Shown here one piece after another: positions 22,701 to 35,329 of a stretch of 64,000 nucleotides of DNA. Every line of letters begins with the position of its first letter. Positions within the stretch are counted from its first letter, which is position 1. The DNA is taken from positions 19,096,001-19,160,000 of the forward strand of contig NC_043021.1 in NCBI RefSeq assembly GCF_006345805.1. Direction: 5' to 3'. The DNA is from Octopus sinensis (Eukaryota). Below the pieces are notes generated by a model. It ran no database searches. It was not told where the DNA came from and saw only the letters and a program-made list of their open reading frames with translations. The position numbers were made by a program, and so were the translations under genes.

Positions 22701-23084
22701 TTCTCCATCTCCCCATCCCCGTCTCTCCATCAATTACGCTTTGTCTCACTGAAGTCATTTCAATAATGCATTTATTGATCTTACTCTTCCAGTCCATCCA
22801 GTATTTCAATCGAACTCTTTTTGTCTCGCCCATAATATCGATAAATATTCCACCCACATCCAGCATGTGCAGTCCTAAATCTCCCCCAACTCCTATCACA
22901 AAAAAGCACCATCCCATTCAAGCTTTGTAAGTGCATGCGTGTTTAGATATGAAGAATTAATTAATGCATAGCGTGCTAACTGGACATGTAAGATCATTTA
23001 TATGGGTTGGAACAAAAGTCCATACTGTTTCCCAAACGGTGGCATTTAAACGTGATTTCATATCCCATGAGGCAGAAGGCATAC

Positions 23085-23224
23085 AAAAGCGGGCGGGGCT
23101 GAAAAGTTCCTGGCTCTAATGGTATTGTAAAAGTCCTGCTTGAAGGCCCAATCTCCTGAGTTCTTTTACAGAGCTTAGAAAAACTAAAGAACCACTGCAA
23201 GAAGTATGTGAACTTTCCAGCAAA

Positions 23225-23225
<1 letters not shown>
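23085..23225 (+). mobile_element. Partial mariner-derived MITE
   Basis: ggctgaaaagttcctggct...ttcttttacagagcttagaaaaact; same family as 24458. Confidence 0.6.
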
Positions 23226-23298
<73 letters not shown>

Positions 23299-23304
23299 TC
23301 TCTT

Positions 23305-23515
23305 TTATCTTTTACTTGTTTCAGTCATGTAACTGTGGCCATGCTGGAGCACCGCCTTTAATCGAGCAACTCAACCCTGGGACTTATTCTTTGTAAGCCT
23401 AGTACTTATTCTATCAGTCTCTTTTGCCGAACCGCTAAGTTACGGGGACATAAACACATCAGCATCGGTTGTCAAGCGATGTTGGATGGGACAAACACAG
23501 ACACACAAACATACA

Positions 23516-23560
<45 letters not shown>

Positions 23561-23720
23561 GATGGGCTTCTTTCAATTTCCGTCAACCAAATCCACTCAC
23601 AAGGCTTTGGTCGGCCTGAGGCTATAGTAGAAGACACTTGCCCAAGGTGCCACGCAGTGGGACTGAACCCGGAACCATGTGGTTGGTAAACAAGCTACTT
23701 ACCACACAGCCACTCCTGCA
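23305..23720 (-). mobile_element. SINE-A, full length
   Basis: tRNA head (gcaggagtggctgtgtggt...ggttccgggttcagtccc), CORE-like gcaccttgggcaagtgtctt, TA linker, stem-loop tail. Confidence 0.9.
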
Positions 23721-24365
23721 CCTCCACACAGCCACATTTATATATATGCATCTTTCCCTCTACTTTTCACTTCACTGTGTCCCTGTCATTTTTTCTCGCC
23801 CCTTCTTAATTCTTCTGTACCTCTACATCTCTCTCTTCTCTTCCCACATGACTGGCGTTCGGCCAAGCCTGATCTTTCTTTCCTGGTCTGACCGTTGTCC
23901 ATACAACATCGATATTCCTCCCTGTCTATGAAATCTTGTATCCCTGCTGTAAGGCGTCATTTCCACACACGCCAGCTTAATTCAATTCATTCTTAGTCGA
24001 AAGACACCTGTTGTTATGTCCTGTTATGATTTTTATTGTATTTGAGTAACATTGTCCGTTTTTTTCCGTCCTTGTTTTTGTATACATTCACTGCTTTTTT
24101 CTGAGGAATCTGATGCTCTTAGCTTAGTTTTTCCTTGGGGCTGGCCAGATTGGAGCAATCTCGAGTATAACCAACTGAAATTGCAAAGATAATCTGGAAC
24201 TCTACTGAGGAAAGAAAACTCCGAATGACCCATCTTTGTTTTCTTTGTATCGTCTATCTGGATGTTTTGTTGTCCCTTTTTTGTATCACCTAACCGTCTG
24301 GATGTTTTGCATCCTTGTCTCTATGTATTTTTTTATATACATATATCTATCTATCTATCTATCTA

Positions 24366-24439
<74 letters not shown>

Positions 24440-24457
24440 TACACACACACACACATA

Positions 24458-24652
24458 CGAGGGAGTGCTAAAAAGTTCCTGGCTTAAGGGAATTGTGAGC
24501 TGCCTGGTTCTTTTACAAGGTTTTAAAAAAACTGAAGGACCACTGCAATAACTGTGTGAATCTGAGAGGGGAGAATGTTGAGTAAAATCATAATTAACAG
24601 TTCCTCTGCTATTTTCTTTTACCCAAAGCCAGGTACTTTTCAGCACTTCTAG
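24458..24652 (+). mobile_element. Mariner-derived MITE
   Basis: TA-CGAGGGAGTGCTAAAAAGTTCCTGGCTT / AAGCCAGGTACTTTTCAGCAC inverted ends. Interior reads [24 protein letters not shown], a mariner transposase C-terminus. Confidence 0.75.
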
Positions 24653-25189
24653 TAGAGTAAAATTCCTGTTGAGGAAAAAATGTCAAAAAAGTTAGTTCCT
24701 TGACCGTCTTATTACCATATTTCTGCAGAAATGCACTGCCTTGTTTCAGTGAATTTTTGAAAACCATGCAGTATTTATTAAAATCATTAATCTAGTGTAA
24801 TTGGCAGAATCGTTAGCATGCTGAACAAAACACTTAGCAGCTCTTCTTCTGAATTTACATTCTACGTTCAAATTCTGCCGAGGTTGACTTTGCCTTTTGG
24901 ATAAAACTGATGCCACTGTTTATAACCTTACACCAGGCATGGACACCGTTTTTGGGGGTTTTCTTTGAGAAACAGGCCACGTGAGATACTTTTCACAATC
25001 AGGCAGATTGCACTTCTAAAAAGATTCAAGCTAATTTTTTTTTCATTAGGCATGACATTCAGAAAATGTCACAGGCTGTAGATTGCCTGTGGCTGGCCCA
25101 TACACTTTACATCAGTTTTAGGCTTTGTAATTAGGTAAGAAATTAATATCCATCAGGAGATACACCCAGCAGTACTCCGCTTTATGTCT

Positions 25190-25551
25190 CGCAGGAGTGG
25201 CTGTGTGGTAAGTAGCTTGATTACGAACCACATAGTTCCAGGTTCAATCCCACTGCGTGGCACCTTGGGCAAGTGTCTTCTACTATAGCCTCGGGCCGAC
25301 CAAAGCCTTGTGAGTGGATTTGGTGGACAGAAACTGAAAGAAGCCCATTGTGTATATGTATATGTATATTTATATGTATATGTATATATGTATATATATA
25401 TTTCTCTCCTTGTTTTTTCTGTGTCCCTTTCTGTAGAAGAGCATAGGCTCGAAACATAAAAGAATTTTTTTATTCCTGAGCGTTATACTAATACATCTGT
25501 TTGTTTTGTACACCACCTGTCTTCGTCTTTTGTTTTTTCGTAAACTCTCCC

Positions 25552-25632
<81 letters not shown>

Positions 25633-26270
25633 ATGGGTGTGTATGTGTGTGTATATACCCTTTTACTCTTTTACTCTTTTACTTGTTCCAGTCATTTGAC
25701 TGCGGCCATGCTGGAGCACTGCCTTTAGTCGAGCAAATCGACCCCGGGACTTATTCTTTGTAAGCCCAGTACTTATTCTATCGGTCTCTTTTGCTGAACC
25801 GCTAAGTGACAGGGACGTAAACACATCAGCATCAAGCAATGTTAGGGGGACAAACACAGACACACACAGGCATATATATATATATATACATATATACGAC
25901 AGGCTTCTTTCAGTTTCCGTCTACCAAATCCACTCGTAAGGCATTGGTCGGCCCGGGGCTATAGCAGAAGACACTTGCCCAAGATGCCACACAGTGGGAC
26001 TGAACCCGGAACCATGTGGTTGGTTAGCAAGCTACTTACCACACAGCCACTCCTGCATATATGTTTGTATATCTGTGTTTGTCCTCCCAACATCGCTTGA
26101 CAACCAATGCTAGTGTGTTTACATCCCCGTAACTTAGCAGTTCGGCAAAAGAGACCGATAGAATAAGTACTAGGCTTCCAAAGAATAAGTCCTGGGGTCG
26201 ATTTGCTTGACTAAAGGTGGTGCTCCAGCATGGCCGCAGTCAAATGACTGAAACAAGTAAAAGAGTAAAA
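25190..26270. mobile_element. + SINE-A (head 25190-25350, tail 26060-26270) enclosing a full - SINE-A (25660-26056)
   Basis: Motif order and orientation. Confidence 0.8.
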
Positions 26271-26690
26271 AGAGCATATGAAATCTACGTTGGTAATAGC
26301 AGGTCGACTGAAGTCTGTGATGATGACAATGATGTTCTGTATGGGAACTGTTTGTGATGGCCTTGTTGTAAATGATGCAGTTGTTGCTCAGCCAACCAGA
26401 ACCAGGAAATACTAAAGACATAAAATTACATGGTCACGTTCACTCGCACTCCTAGTTTTACGCCTCAGTGCATTTGTTCGTGTATATGCTTGCAAACAGT
26501 ATGAGCGAGTGTGTGTGTGTGTGTGTGTCTGGAGTTGGCTGCGTGGGTATGTCTTTGTGTAATTATAATTCAGCCTTTTACGTGTTGCAGGGTTAGCGAA
26601 ACAAATGGCGACAGGGTCGATTAAGCAAATCTTTGGTTGAGCAGGTTTGTTTGACAGCTTAGGAAGAAGCTACACAAAGGGAAGAGGAGA

Positions 26691-26731
26691 ACGTGAGCTT
26701 TCGGCCATGCACATGGCCATCTTCAGAGTAG
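26691..26731 (-). ncRNA. Minimal hammerhead-like motif
   Basis: Minus strand ACT-CTGAAGA-T-GGCCATG TG CATGGCC-GAAA-GC-TC-ACGT. Strong stem II and palindromic AGCT stem III, but stem I is poor. Confidence 0.5.
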
Positions 26732-26841
26732 TGGGGGTTAAAGTATGTTGTGTGTGCGTGTGTGTGTGTGTGATCTTAGAATGATTGCTATAGAACATCC
26801 TGGGTCATGGGTGCTAAAAGCACTCATAGACCAGTAGATGC

Positions 26842-27150
26842 GGAGGCACATGGCCTAGTGGTTAGAGCAGTGGACTCGCGGTCGAGGGATCACAGGTTTG
26901 AATCTCAGACTGGACGATGTGTCTGTTTATGAGTGAACCACTTAAGGCTCCATGCGGCTCCGGCAGAAGGTAATGGCGAAACTTCTGCTGACTCTTTCGC
27001 CACAACTTTCTCTCACTCTTTCCTCCTGCATCTTGCAGCTCACCTGCGATGGACTGGCGTCCCATCCAGGTGGGGAACCTATACGCCAAGAAACCAGGAA
27101 ACCGGCCCTTATGAGCCAGGCATGGCCCAAGAAGGAACGAACAAACAAAC
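26842..27150 (+). mobile_element. SINE-C, tail type 2
   Basis: ggaggcacatggcctagtggttagagcagtggactcgcggtc...gatggactggcgtcccatccagg...gaaaccggcccttatgagcc + (AAAC)n. Confidence 0.85.
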
Positions 27151-27639
27151 AAACCAGTAGATTGTATTAAACCAGGCAGTAGGGTAATTTTACCACCAAA
27201 AACACAAAATAGGAAAAATAACAGGGTTCGTGGAAATGATTCAACCCATGACCTACAGACAACAGGACGACTTTAACCCTTTTGCATTTAGTTTATTCTG
27301 TCAACTGTAATGTTTATTTATTCACATTGTTTTGAATTAATCATCCATTATCTCTTAAGGGTGACATTTAAGGGTGAGTGCGAGAGGCCAGATCTGGTTG
27401 GTTTAAACAGATAAAGCAGGTGAAATGTTTGGGCCAGATGTGGTTTGTTTAAATCAGGGGTCACCAAGGGGGGGGGGGTCCAAGGGACTCCCTAGGGCTC
27501 GACAAGGAATTACATGGGGTCAATGATAGCCAAGGTGTCAAATGGGGGTCAGCATGTGAAAGACCAGCTCACCCAGATGAACAGCTTGCAGTACTTAGTC
27601 AGAACCATGCTCATTCCTCACATTGATATTGTTGGCGCA

Positions 27640-27968
27640 GTGAGGGCGCGTGGCTTAGTGGTTAGGGCATTCGGCTCATGATTGTAAGGTTGTGAGTTCG
27701 ATTCCCGGCGACGCATTGTGTCCTTGAGCAAGGCACTTTATTTCACGTTGCTCCAGTCCACTCAGCTGGCAAAAATGAGTTGTACTTGTATTTCAAAGGG
27801 TGAGCCTTGTCACTCTCTGTGTCACGTTGATTATCCCCGAGAACTACATTAAGGGTACACGTGTCTGTGGAATGCTCAGCCATTTGCATGTTAATTTCAC
27901 GAGCAAGCTGTTCCGTTGATCGTATCAGCTGGGACCCTCGTCGTCGTAACCAGCGGAGTCTTTAATTA
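27640..27968 (+). mobile_element. SINE-D, full length, inserted into a SINE-A head
   Basis: 12-bp TSD ATTGTTGGCGCA at 27628-27639 and 27969-27980. Confidence 0.9.
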
Positions 27969-27975
27969 ATTGTTG

Positions 27976-28335
27976 GCGCAGGAGTGGCTGTGTGGTAAGA
28001 AGCTTGCTTTGTCAACCACATGGTTCCGGGTTCAGTCTCACTGCGTAGCACTTTGGACAAGTGTCTTCTACTATAGCCTCAAGGCAACCAAAGCCTTGTG
28101 AGTGGATTTGGAAGATACTGTGTTTGTTATTTGTGTCTGTGTTTGTCCCTGCACCATCGCTTGACAACTGATGTTGGTGTGTTTATGTCCCCATAAATTA
28201 GTGGTTCGGCAACAGAGACTGATAGAATAAGTACTAAGCTTACAAAGCATAAGTCCTGGGGTTGATTTGTTTGACTAAAGGTGCTGCTCCAGCATGGCTG
28301 CAGTCAAGTGAAGGAAACAAGTAAAAGAATAAATA
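27976..28335 (+). mobile_element. SINE-A
   Basis: Family motifs. Confidence 0.85.
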
Positions 28336-28529
28336 AATAATGAAGCGATTATTTCAAATATGTCTGTATTATCTAACTCTGAAAACAATTCCGTAAAATT
28401 GGAAGTTTAATGCTGTATACTCGTGCACGTAGTTTTAAATGTAAAAAGTATGTCATCTTCAATAGAATTTCTTAATTGCCGGCATTTTAATTGCCGGCAT
28501 CAGTACCATCAGTACCATCAGTACCATCT

Positions 28530-28680
28530 TCATCATCATCATCGTTTAACGTCCGCTTTCCATGCTAGCATGGGTTGGACGATTTTGACTGAAGGCTGGC
28601 GAACCAGATTGGAGCACCAGGCCCCAATCTTGATCTGGCAGAGTTTCTACAGCTGGATGCCCTTTCTAATGCCAACCACA
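28530..28680 (-). mobile_element. Family E fragment
   Basis: (CAT)n + cgtttaacgtccgctttccatgctagcatggg. Confidence 0.8.
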
Positions 28681-29134
28681 TCTGCAGGACTAAAGCTGGT
28701 AATGATCACACTATGCATTTAAGATATGGTATGGTAGGGTAGGAGTATTAAGATATTTTAAATGAGGTGGATGGTTGACATGGAAGGAGAAGTGACTAAA
28801 GGCGGGGTTGATGTGGAAGGAGAAGTGGTTAAAGAGGGTCAATGGGAAAGAAGTGGCTAAAGGGAGTCGATGGTTGAAAAAGCTTGGCAAACCCTGGTTT
28901 AAATGCTAAAGGATTAACCCATGGGGCTCCTTTGTTGATTTTGATATTGTCTCAGTTTTAAAAATGACAATTCTTTACTGCAGTTGGTAACCATGAGTAA
29001 CATATAGAAAAGCATAGCATTTTCTGCATTTAGAAAGCTTCAAAGAATTGTCTGTCTGTTATGAAACTGTTAAGCTGTTATGCAGTAAATGCAGTACAAG
29101 TTCTTGTTAAGTAATGGTTGTGTGGGTAGTCTTT

Positions 29135-29902
29135 TATTTGTTTCAGTCATTTGACTGCGGCCATGCTGGAGCACCGTCTTTAGTTGAACAAGTCGACTGC
29201 AGGACTTATTCTTTGTAAGCTTAGCACTTATCCTATCGGTCTCTTTTGCTGAACCGCTAAGGTATGGGGATGTAAACACACCATCATCGGTTGTCAAGTG
29301 ATGGTGGTGGGGACAAATACACACACACACACACACATATATGATGGGCTTCTTTCAGTTTCCGTCCACCAAATCCACTCACAAGGCTTTGGTCAGCTCA
29401 AGGCTACAGTAGAAGACACTTGTCCAAGGTGCCATGCTGTGGGACTGAACCCGGAACCATGTGGTTGGGAAGCAAGCTTCTTCCCACACAGCCACACCTG
29501 CATCTTTTATCTTTTACTTGTTTCAGTCATTAGACTGCGGCCATGCTGGGGCACCACCTTAAGGAATTTTTAGTCAACCTGGTACTTATTCTATCAATCT
29601 TTTTTGGCTGAACCATTAAGTTATGGGGATGTAAACACGCTAACACCGGTTGACAAGCAGTGGCGGAGGACAAACACACACACACACACACACACACTCA
29701 CTCACTCACATACACATCTATCTATATCTATATGTATATGATGGGCTTCTTTCAGTTTCCATATATCCAAATCCACTCACAAGGCTTTGGTTGACCCAAG
29801 GCTATGGCAGAAGACACTTGCTCAGGGTGCAACTCTGTGGGACTGAACCCAAAACCATGTGGTTGGAAAACAAGCTTCCAAGCTTCTCATCACACAGCCA
29901 TG
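29135..29902 (-). mobile_element. Two adjacent SINE-A copies (29135-29500, 29505-29902)
   Basis: Family motifs, CpG-decayed. Confidence 0.8.
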
Positions 29903-30009
29903 CCTGTACCCACATTACTGAACATATTTAATACAGGGTGGCACAAAAGTTACAGAGGAGTCCAACTCACCACCTTAATAATAATGATGGTTTCCTATTT
30001 GGGTACTAG

Positions 30010-30795
30010 GCTAGCAGTTTTAGGGTAGGGGTTAAGTCAATTGCTTCAATTCCAGTGCTCACCTGGTATTTATTTTATCAACCCCGAGAGGATGAAAGGC
30101 AAAGTTGACCTTGGCAGAATTTGAACTCAGAACATAAAGACGGATGAAATGCTGCTAAGGATTTTTTTTCCTAGCGTGCTAACGATTCTGCCAGCTCAAC
30201 ACCTTATTATTTATATGTACATCAAAATCAAAATAAAAATTCAAATGGAAATTGCAGTTAAGACACCCGTGCCAGTGACACGTAAAAAGCACCATCCGAA
30301 TGTGGAAGATGCCGGTGCCACCTGACTGGCGTCCGTGTCGGTGACACGTAAAAGCATCAACCGATAGTGGCCGTTTGCCAGCCTACTCTGGCCCCTGTGC
30401 CGGTGGTACGTAAAAAGACACCCACTACACTCACGGAGTGGTTAGCGTTAGGAAGGGCATCCAGCTGTAGAAACACTGCCAAATCAAATTAGAGTCTGGT
30501 GCAGCCTCCATGGCTCCAGACCCCAGTTGAACCGTCCAACCCATGCTAGCGTGGAAAATGGACATCAAATGATGATGTAATATAAGGCGGCGAGCTGGCA
30601 GGATTGTTCGCATGCCAGGTGAAATGCTTAGCAATATTTCGTCCACCTTTACGTACTGAGTTCAAATTCTGCCCAGGGTCAACTTTGCCTTTTATCCTTT
30701 CAGGGTCGATTAAATAAGTACCAGTTATGCACTGGGGTCAATGTAATTGACTTAATCCCTTCCCCCAAATTTGAGGCCTTGTACTTCCATTAGAA
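30010..30795. mobile_element. SINE-B (-, 30010-30205), family E (+, 30250-30578), SINE-B (+, 30585-30795)
   Basis: Family motifs. Confidence 0.75.
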
Positions 30796-30819
30796 AAAAG
30801 AGTATTTGTATGTAATCTC

Positions 30820-31155
30820 ATCGCACAAACAATAACTCTGAGCACCTCTTCAAACTCCACCCATCTAACACCCGTGGACATATTTACAAAGTCAGAAAAC
30901 AGCACAGCTCCCATGACTTCAGGAAACATTTTTTCACGCTGAGAGTTGCTGAAGCGTGGAACAAACTGCCGGCATCGGTTGTTAGTTGTCGGAGCACTGC
31001 ATCCTTCAAAACTTCCATGCTTCCTGAGATTCGCCAACACTACACTTGATACACACACAAGCATGTTCACTTTCCAGACATTTCTACTCTACTGCATGTA
31101 CTTTATATGCACTTTCTGACAAGTTGTGGTGCACCTGAGCACTGTATACAATAAT
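30820..31155 (+). mobile_element. CR1-group LINE 3' fragment
   Basis: HPSNTRGHIYKVRKQHSSHDFRKHFFTLRVAEAWNKLPASVVSC...FK plus 3' UTR gtgcacctgagcactgtatacaat. Confidence 0.85.
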
Positions 31156-31663
31156 TTCATTATATTATATATTATCAGTTCCATTGCACCAAAGGACAGG
31201 CAGAAACCACATAATAATGTAGAGCGCCTCCTTGGGTCAATCAGAACAACAAACTTGGACATTTCTGTTTACATTTTATCATACTCCCTGAATTCACAGT
31301 GACTGTAGTATTTGTATGCATTTGTGTGTGTGTGTGTGTGTGTGTTTTGATAATAATCGGTGGTTTCTGCTTGACCTGTTTGAAGGCCATATCGATTATC
31401 TCGTTAATTAAATTGGATAATGAATTTGTGTTGTGAGAAAGGTTATCTGTTTATAATCTCCAACTACCTGACATTGTAGGAAGAAGCAGCCTCATGATGT
31501 GTTTACTTAAAACAGTCTTATGTTTCTTGGTGAGCATATATGTGCGTACTATAATGTGTGTGGGTGTGTTCATAAATGTATATACACACACACACACACA
31601 CATATATATATGTTGAGGTATGTTGGTATAGCTGTTTTTATATTTGTGAAATAGTATTATATA

Positions 31664-31704
<41 letters not shown>

Positions 31705-31711
<7 letters not shown>

Positions 31712-31875
31712 CTTTACTACCCACATGGGGCTAAACATAGAGGGGACAAACAAGGACAGACAAACGGATTAAGCCGATTACATCAACCCCAGTGCGAAAC
31801 TGGTACTTTATTTATCGACCCCGAAAGGATGAAAGGCAAAGTCGACCTCGGCGGAATTTTGCCCGGCGTGCTAAT
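31705..31875 (-). mobile_element. SINE-B
   Basis: Family motifs. Confidence 0.8.
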
Positions 31876-31889
31876 ATATATATATATAT

Positions 31890-32368
31890 ATCAACAATTG
31901 AGGGTAAAATTAATTAATCAATCAATTTCACCAAGTGTTCAGTATGTAAAAGGACCATTTAAGGTGAATTCAAAATATTACATTATATAATTAGGGCTTA
32001 GTAAAATAAATTACTTTGCCACATACTGAACTTAGTAGAAATAGCAGCCAAAAAAGTTTTTTTAGCTGTTTCTACTACTTAAAGAAAGTTTCTCTCAGAT
32101 AATGTTTACTCCAGACAGCTCACGAAGGTTTGGAGGTAAATACAGAAAAATATCACAAGTACATAGATCGTTTGAGTACGTCAACGTTTCAAGATTAGCC
32201 AAATAAAATCAGCATTTCTATCGTCAGCTCAAAATTTCTTAATTTGGATTTGGAAACACTAAAAAGAAGGAACTTTACCCATCGGCGTACTTGTCGCTTC
32301 AGATGAACCAGCTCCCACTGACAGTGCCAACAAATTCAAAATGCGCAGGCGTTATTTTACTAAACCCT
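31890..32368 (-). mobile_element. PLE-type terminal-repeat element
   Basis: Homolog of 11762-12310, with segment order permuted at the 3' end. Confidence 0.7.
32172..32232 (-). ncRNA. Type-I hammerhead ribozyme
   Basis: Minus strand TTGAG-CTGACGA-tAGA...TCTt-GAAA-CGTTGACG-TA-CTCAA. Confidence 0.65.
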
Positions 32369-32371
32369 AAT

Positions 32372-32403
<32 letters not shown>

Positions 32404-32417
32404 GCATGCATATGTAT

Positions 32418-32439
<22 letters not shown>

Positions 32440-32448
<9 letters not shown>

Positions 32449-32740
32449 GCACGTAAAAAGCACAATTTGAATGTAGCTGATGCCAGTACCCCCTGGCTGG
32501 CCCTCGTGTTGGTGGCGTGTAAAAAGCACCATCTGAACGTGATTGATACCAGGCCTGCCTTACTGGCTCCTGTGCTGGTGACACGTAAAAAGCACCCACT
32601 ACACTCTGAGAGTGGTTGGCGTTAGGAAGGGCATCCAGCTGTAGAAACACTGTCACATCAGATTGCCAGTTCCTGTCAAACCATCCAACCCATGCCAGCA
32701 TGGAAAACGGACGTTAAACGATGATGATGATGATGATGGT
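32440..32740 (+). mobile_element. Family E
   Basis: Repeated gcacgtaaaaagcacc motifs and RTE tail. Confidence 0.8.
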
Positions 32741-32809
32741 CACACACACACACACACACATACACACACACACACGCATGTATACATATATAATATATAT
32801 ATGTATATC

Positions 32810-33565
32810 TTTTATTTTTTACTTGCCTCAGTCATTAGACTGTGTCCATGCTGGGGCACCACCTGGAGGAATTTTAGTTGAATGAATGTACCACAGTATT
32901 TTCTTTTGAAGCCTGGTACTTATTCTATCAGTCACTTTTGCCGAACTGCTAAGTTACAGGAATGTAAACTCACCAACAGTCATAGGAGACAAACATAAAA
33001 GCAACACACACACATGTACATGCACACACACACACATACATATACATATAGACAGGCTTCTTTCAGTTTCTTATTTCTTTACTGCCCACAAGGGGCTACA
33101 CACAGAGTGGACAAACAAGGACAAACAAATGGATTAAGTCGATTATATCGACCCCAGTGCATAACTGGTACTTATTTAATCAACCTTGAACGGATGAAAG
33201 GCTAAGTCAACCTTGGCGGAATTTAATCTCAGAATATAGCAGCAGGAGAAATACCTATTTCTTTACTACCCACAAGGGGCTAAACACAGAGTGGACAAAC
33301 AAGGACAGACAAACGGATTAAGTCGATATAATCGATCCCCAGTGCGTAACTGGTACTTATTTAATCGACCTTGAAAGGATGAAAGGCTAAGCCGACCTCG
33401 GCAGAATTCGAACTCAGAACATAACAGCAGACGAAATACCGCTAAGCATTTCACCTGGCGTGCTAACGTTTCTGCCAACTCGCCGCCTTCTTTCAGTTTC
33501 TACTTACCAAATTCACTCACAAGGCTTTGGTAAGCTTGAGACTATAGTAGAAGACACTTACCCAA
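32810..33565 (-). mobile_element. SINE-A interrupted by a SINE-B dimer (33072-33486)
   Basis: 15-bp TSD CTTCTTTCAGTTTCT at 33057-33071 and 33487-33501. Confidence 0.85.
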
Positions 33566-35029
33566 GGTACCAGTTATGGGGATCCAGGTACCAGTTGTAG
33601 GAATCAAAGGGGTCCATAGGTAAAAAGAATTTAAACAAAAATGAGCTCAGGAAAATTGGTCAATGGCCAGTGGTATTTATTTGGACAAGATAGACAAATA
33701 CAGGTATATCAAATATCATACAATATAAATTCTTGATATATATAAAAATTATCTCCTTCTCTAGATGATGCATCATAATTATCAAATGACAACTGGAACC
33801 AGCTCCATTTGAAAAGGGACGATACCCTCAAGAATGAAGAATTTTCTCCAGAACTGACTTGTCATTAAGAAAGAAGACAGGCTTATTGCCTGGAGGTAAG
33901 AGGACATTGGATAAAAGGACACATGTTTCTGGATCAATAACTGTCCACCAGATTGACCACGTGACAACTTGCTGGGGCTGCCCGCTGGAGCCTATGCGGC
34001 AGGTATTTAAAGGGAAAAATTTGACAAGACAGTCAGTCACCTGCTGACACTCGCTGACAATACATCGAAGAGGCCAGGGAACAGAAGAAAGAAGAAGAAA
34101 GAAGACATGCACCTAACACCAGAGCTGAAGACACCTCCGAAAGGGGGTGGCCCCACCACATCAAAACGGTAGAGGAGTAGGGGCCGAAACTGGACGTGGT
34201 TCCTCCTGATGATGTCTTGAGCTAACAGGATCCTATAAAGGAGCTGTTGTGGTAGCAGACCACGAAACACGGTTGTAATTCCTCCTATCTTCAAATACCT
34301 ACCACTGGCCCCTTTGAGTTATTTAATGTTTTAGTCCTTGTTTTTAGAATGCTATGACCAAACATGTGTTTGTTCTGGGTAGTCTATAGATCTTTGTCGA
34401 ATATCGGTTACTTTTAGTGACTTTGAAGTTAGTTATTGGTAGATAGTATGTCGAATGATATTTAAAGCCATGCATTAATGCTTGTTTTAATCTAGTCTCC
34501 TCAGGACTGGATTAAATAAAGAAACGGATTAACTATGTAATCCATATCCCATGTGTGAAGGTCACCAGAAGAAAAGAGCTCGGGTTTTGAAATTGTTTCC
34601 GCTTGTAAATGAAGTGAATGGACTTAGATAATATGGAGTAATTAAAATACGGGTAGGAAGGAAGGAAGGAAGGAAGGAAGGGAGGGAGGAAGGAAAGAAA
34701 GAATGAAGGAAGGAAGGAAGGAAGGGAGGGAGGGAGGGAGGGAGGGAGGTGTTTGAAAATGATTTCATGCTGTGGTTTAATAAAAGGTTTTGCAAGCGGT
34801 GTTGCTGGAGGTGGATAGGTGTCCGTTGTAGATGGATAAATATGAAGTTTCCTGGATGAGTAGGAGAAAGAAGGATAGGGGGTGTTGGGAGTGGGGCGAG
34901 TGGGGGGAATGGGAGGAATAGGGTGAGGATGGAGGGTGGCAAGGATGGGGAGGAGTTTGGGGGTGCACTTAATAGAGAGGTGGACAGATCAGTTAGATTA
35001 GATGACAGACTGTTAGACAGACTGACTGA

Positions 35030-35294
35030 CAAACAGACTGAGAGAGAGAGAGAGAGGGGGGGGAGAGAGACATACAGACAGACAGGCTGATAGGTAGGTA
35101 ATAGATAGATAGATAAACTTACAGACAGACAGACGGATTGGTTGATAGATGGATAGATAGACAGACAGATAGAAAGACAGACAGACAGATAGAAGGAAAG
35201 ACAGACAAATAGAAAGACAGACAGACAGACAGATAGAAAGATAGAAAGACAGACAGACAGATAGAAAGACAGACAGACAGACAGACAGATAGAA

Positions 35295-35329
<35 letters not shown>

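Larger units (their letters stand above)
27455..28896. mobile_element. hAT-type MITE with 8-bp TSD
   Basis: TIRs CAGGGGTCACCAAG / CTTGGCAAACCCTG; GTTTAAAT duplicated at 27447-27454 and 28897-28904. Confidence 0.8.
27277..28913. mobile_element. piggyBac-type MITE (outer element of a nested stack)
   Basis: TTAA at 27273-27276 and 28914-28917; ends ccctttt-gcattt / aaatgctaaagga. Confidence 0.75.

Noticed and set aside
22793-22926. Candidate internal exon (cttccag| ... |gtaagt)
   Set aside because: 134 nt would shift the frame and the peptide has no TM character; at most a poison exon, with no support.
33780-34110. Possible decayed PLE endonuclease ORF upstream of the 34125 cores
   Set aside because: Multiple stops and no convincing GIY-YIG motif.
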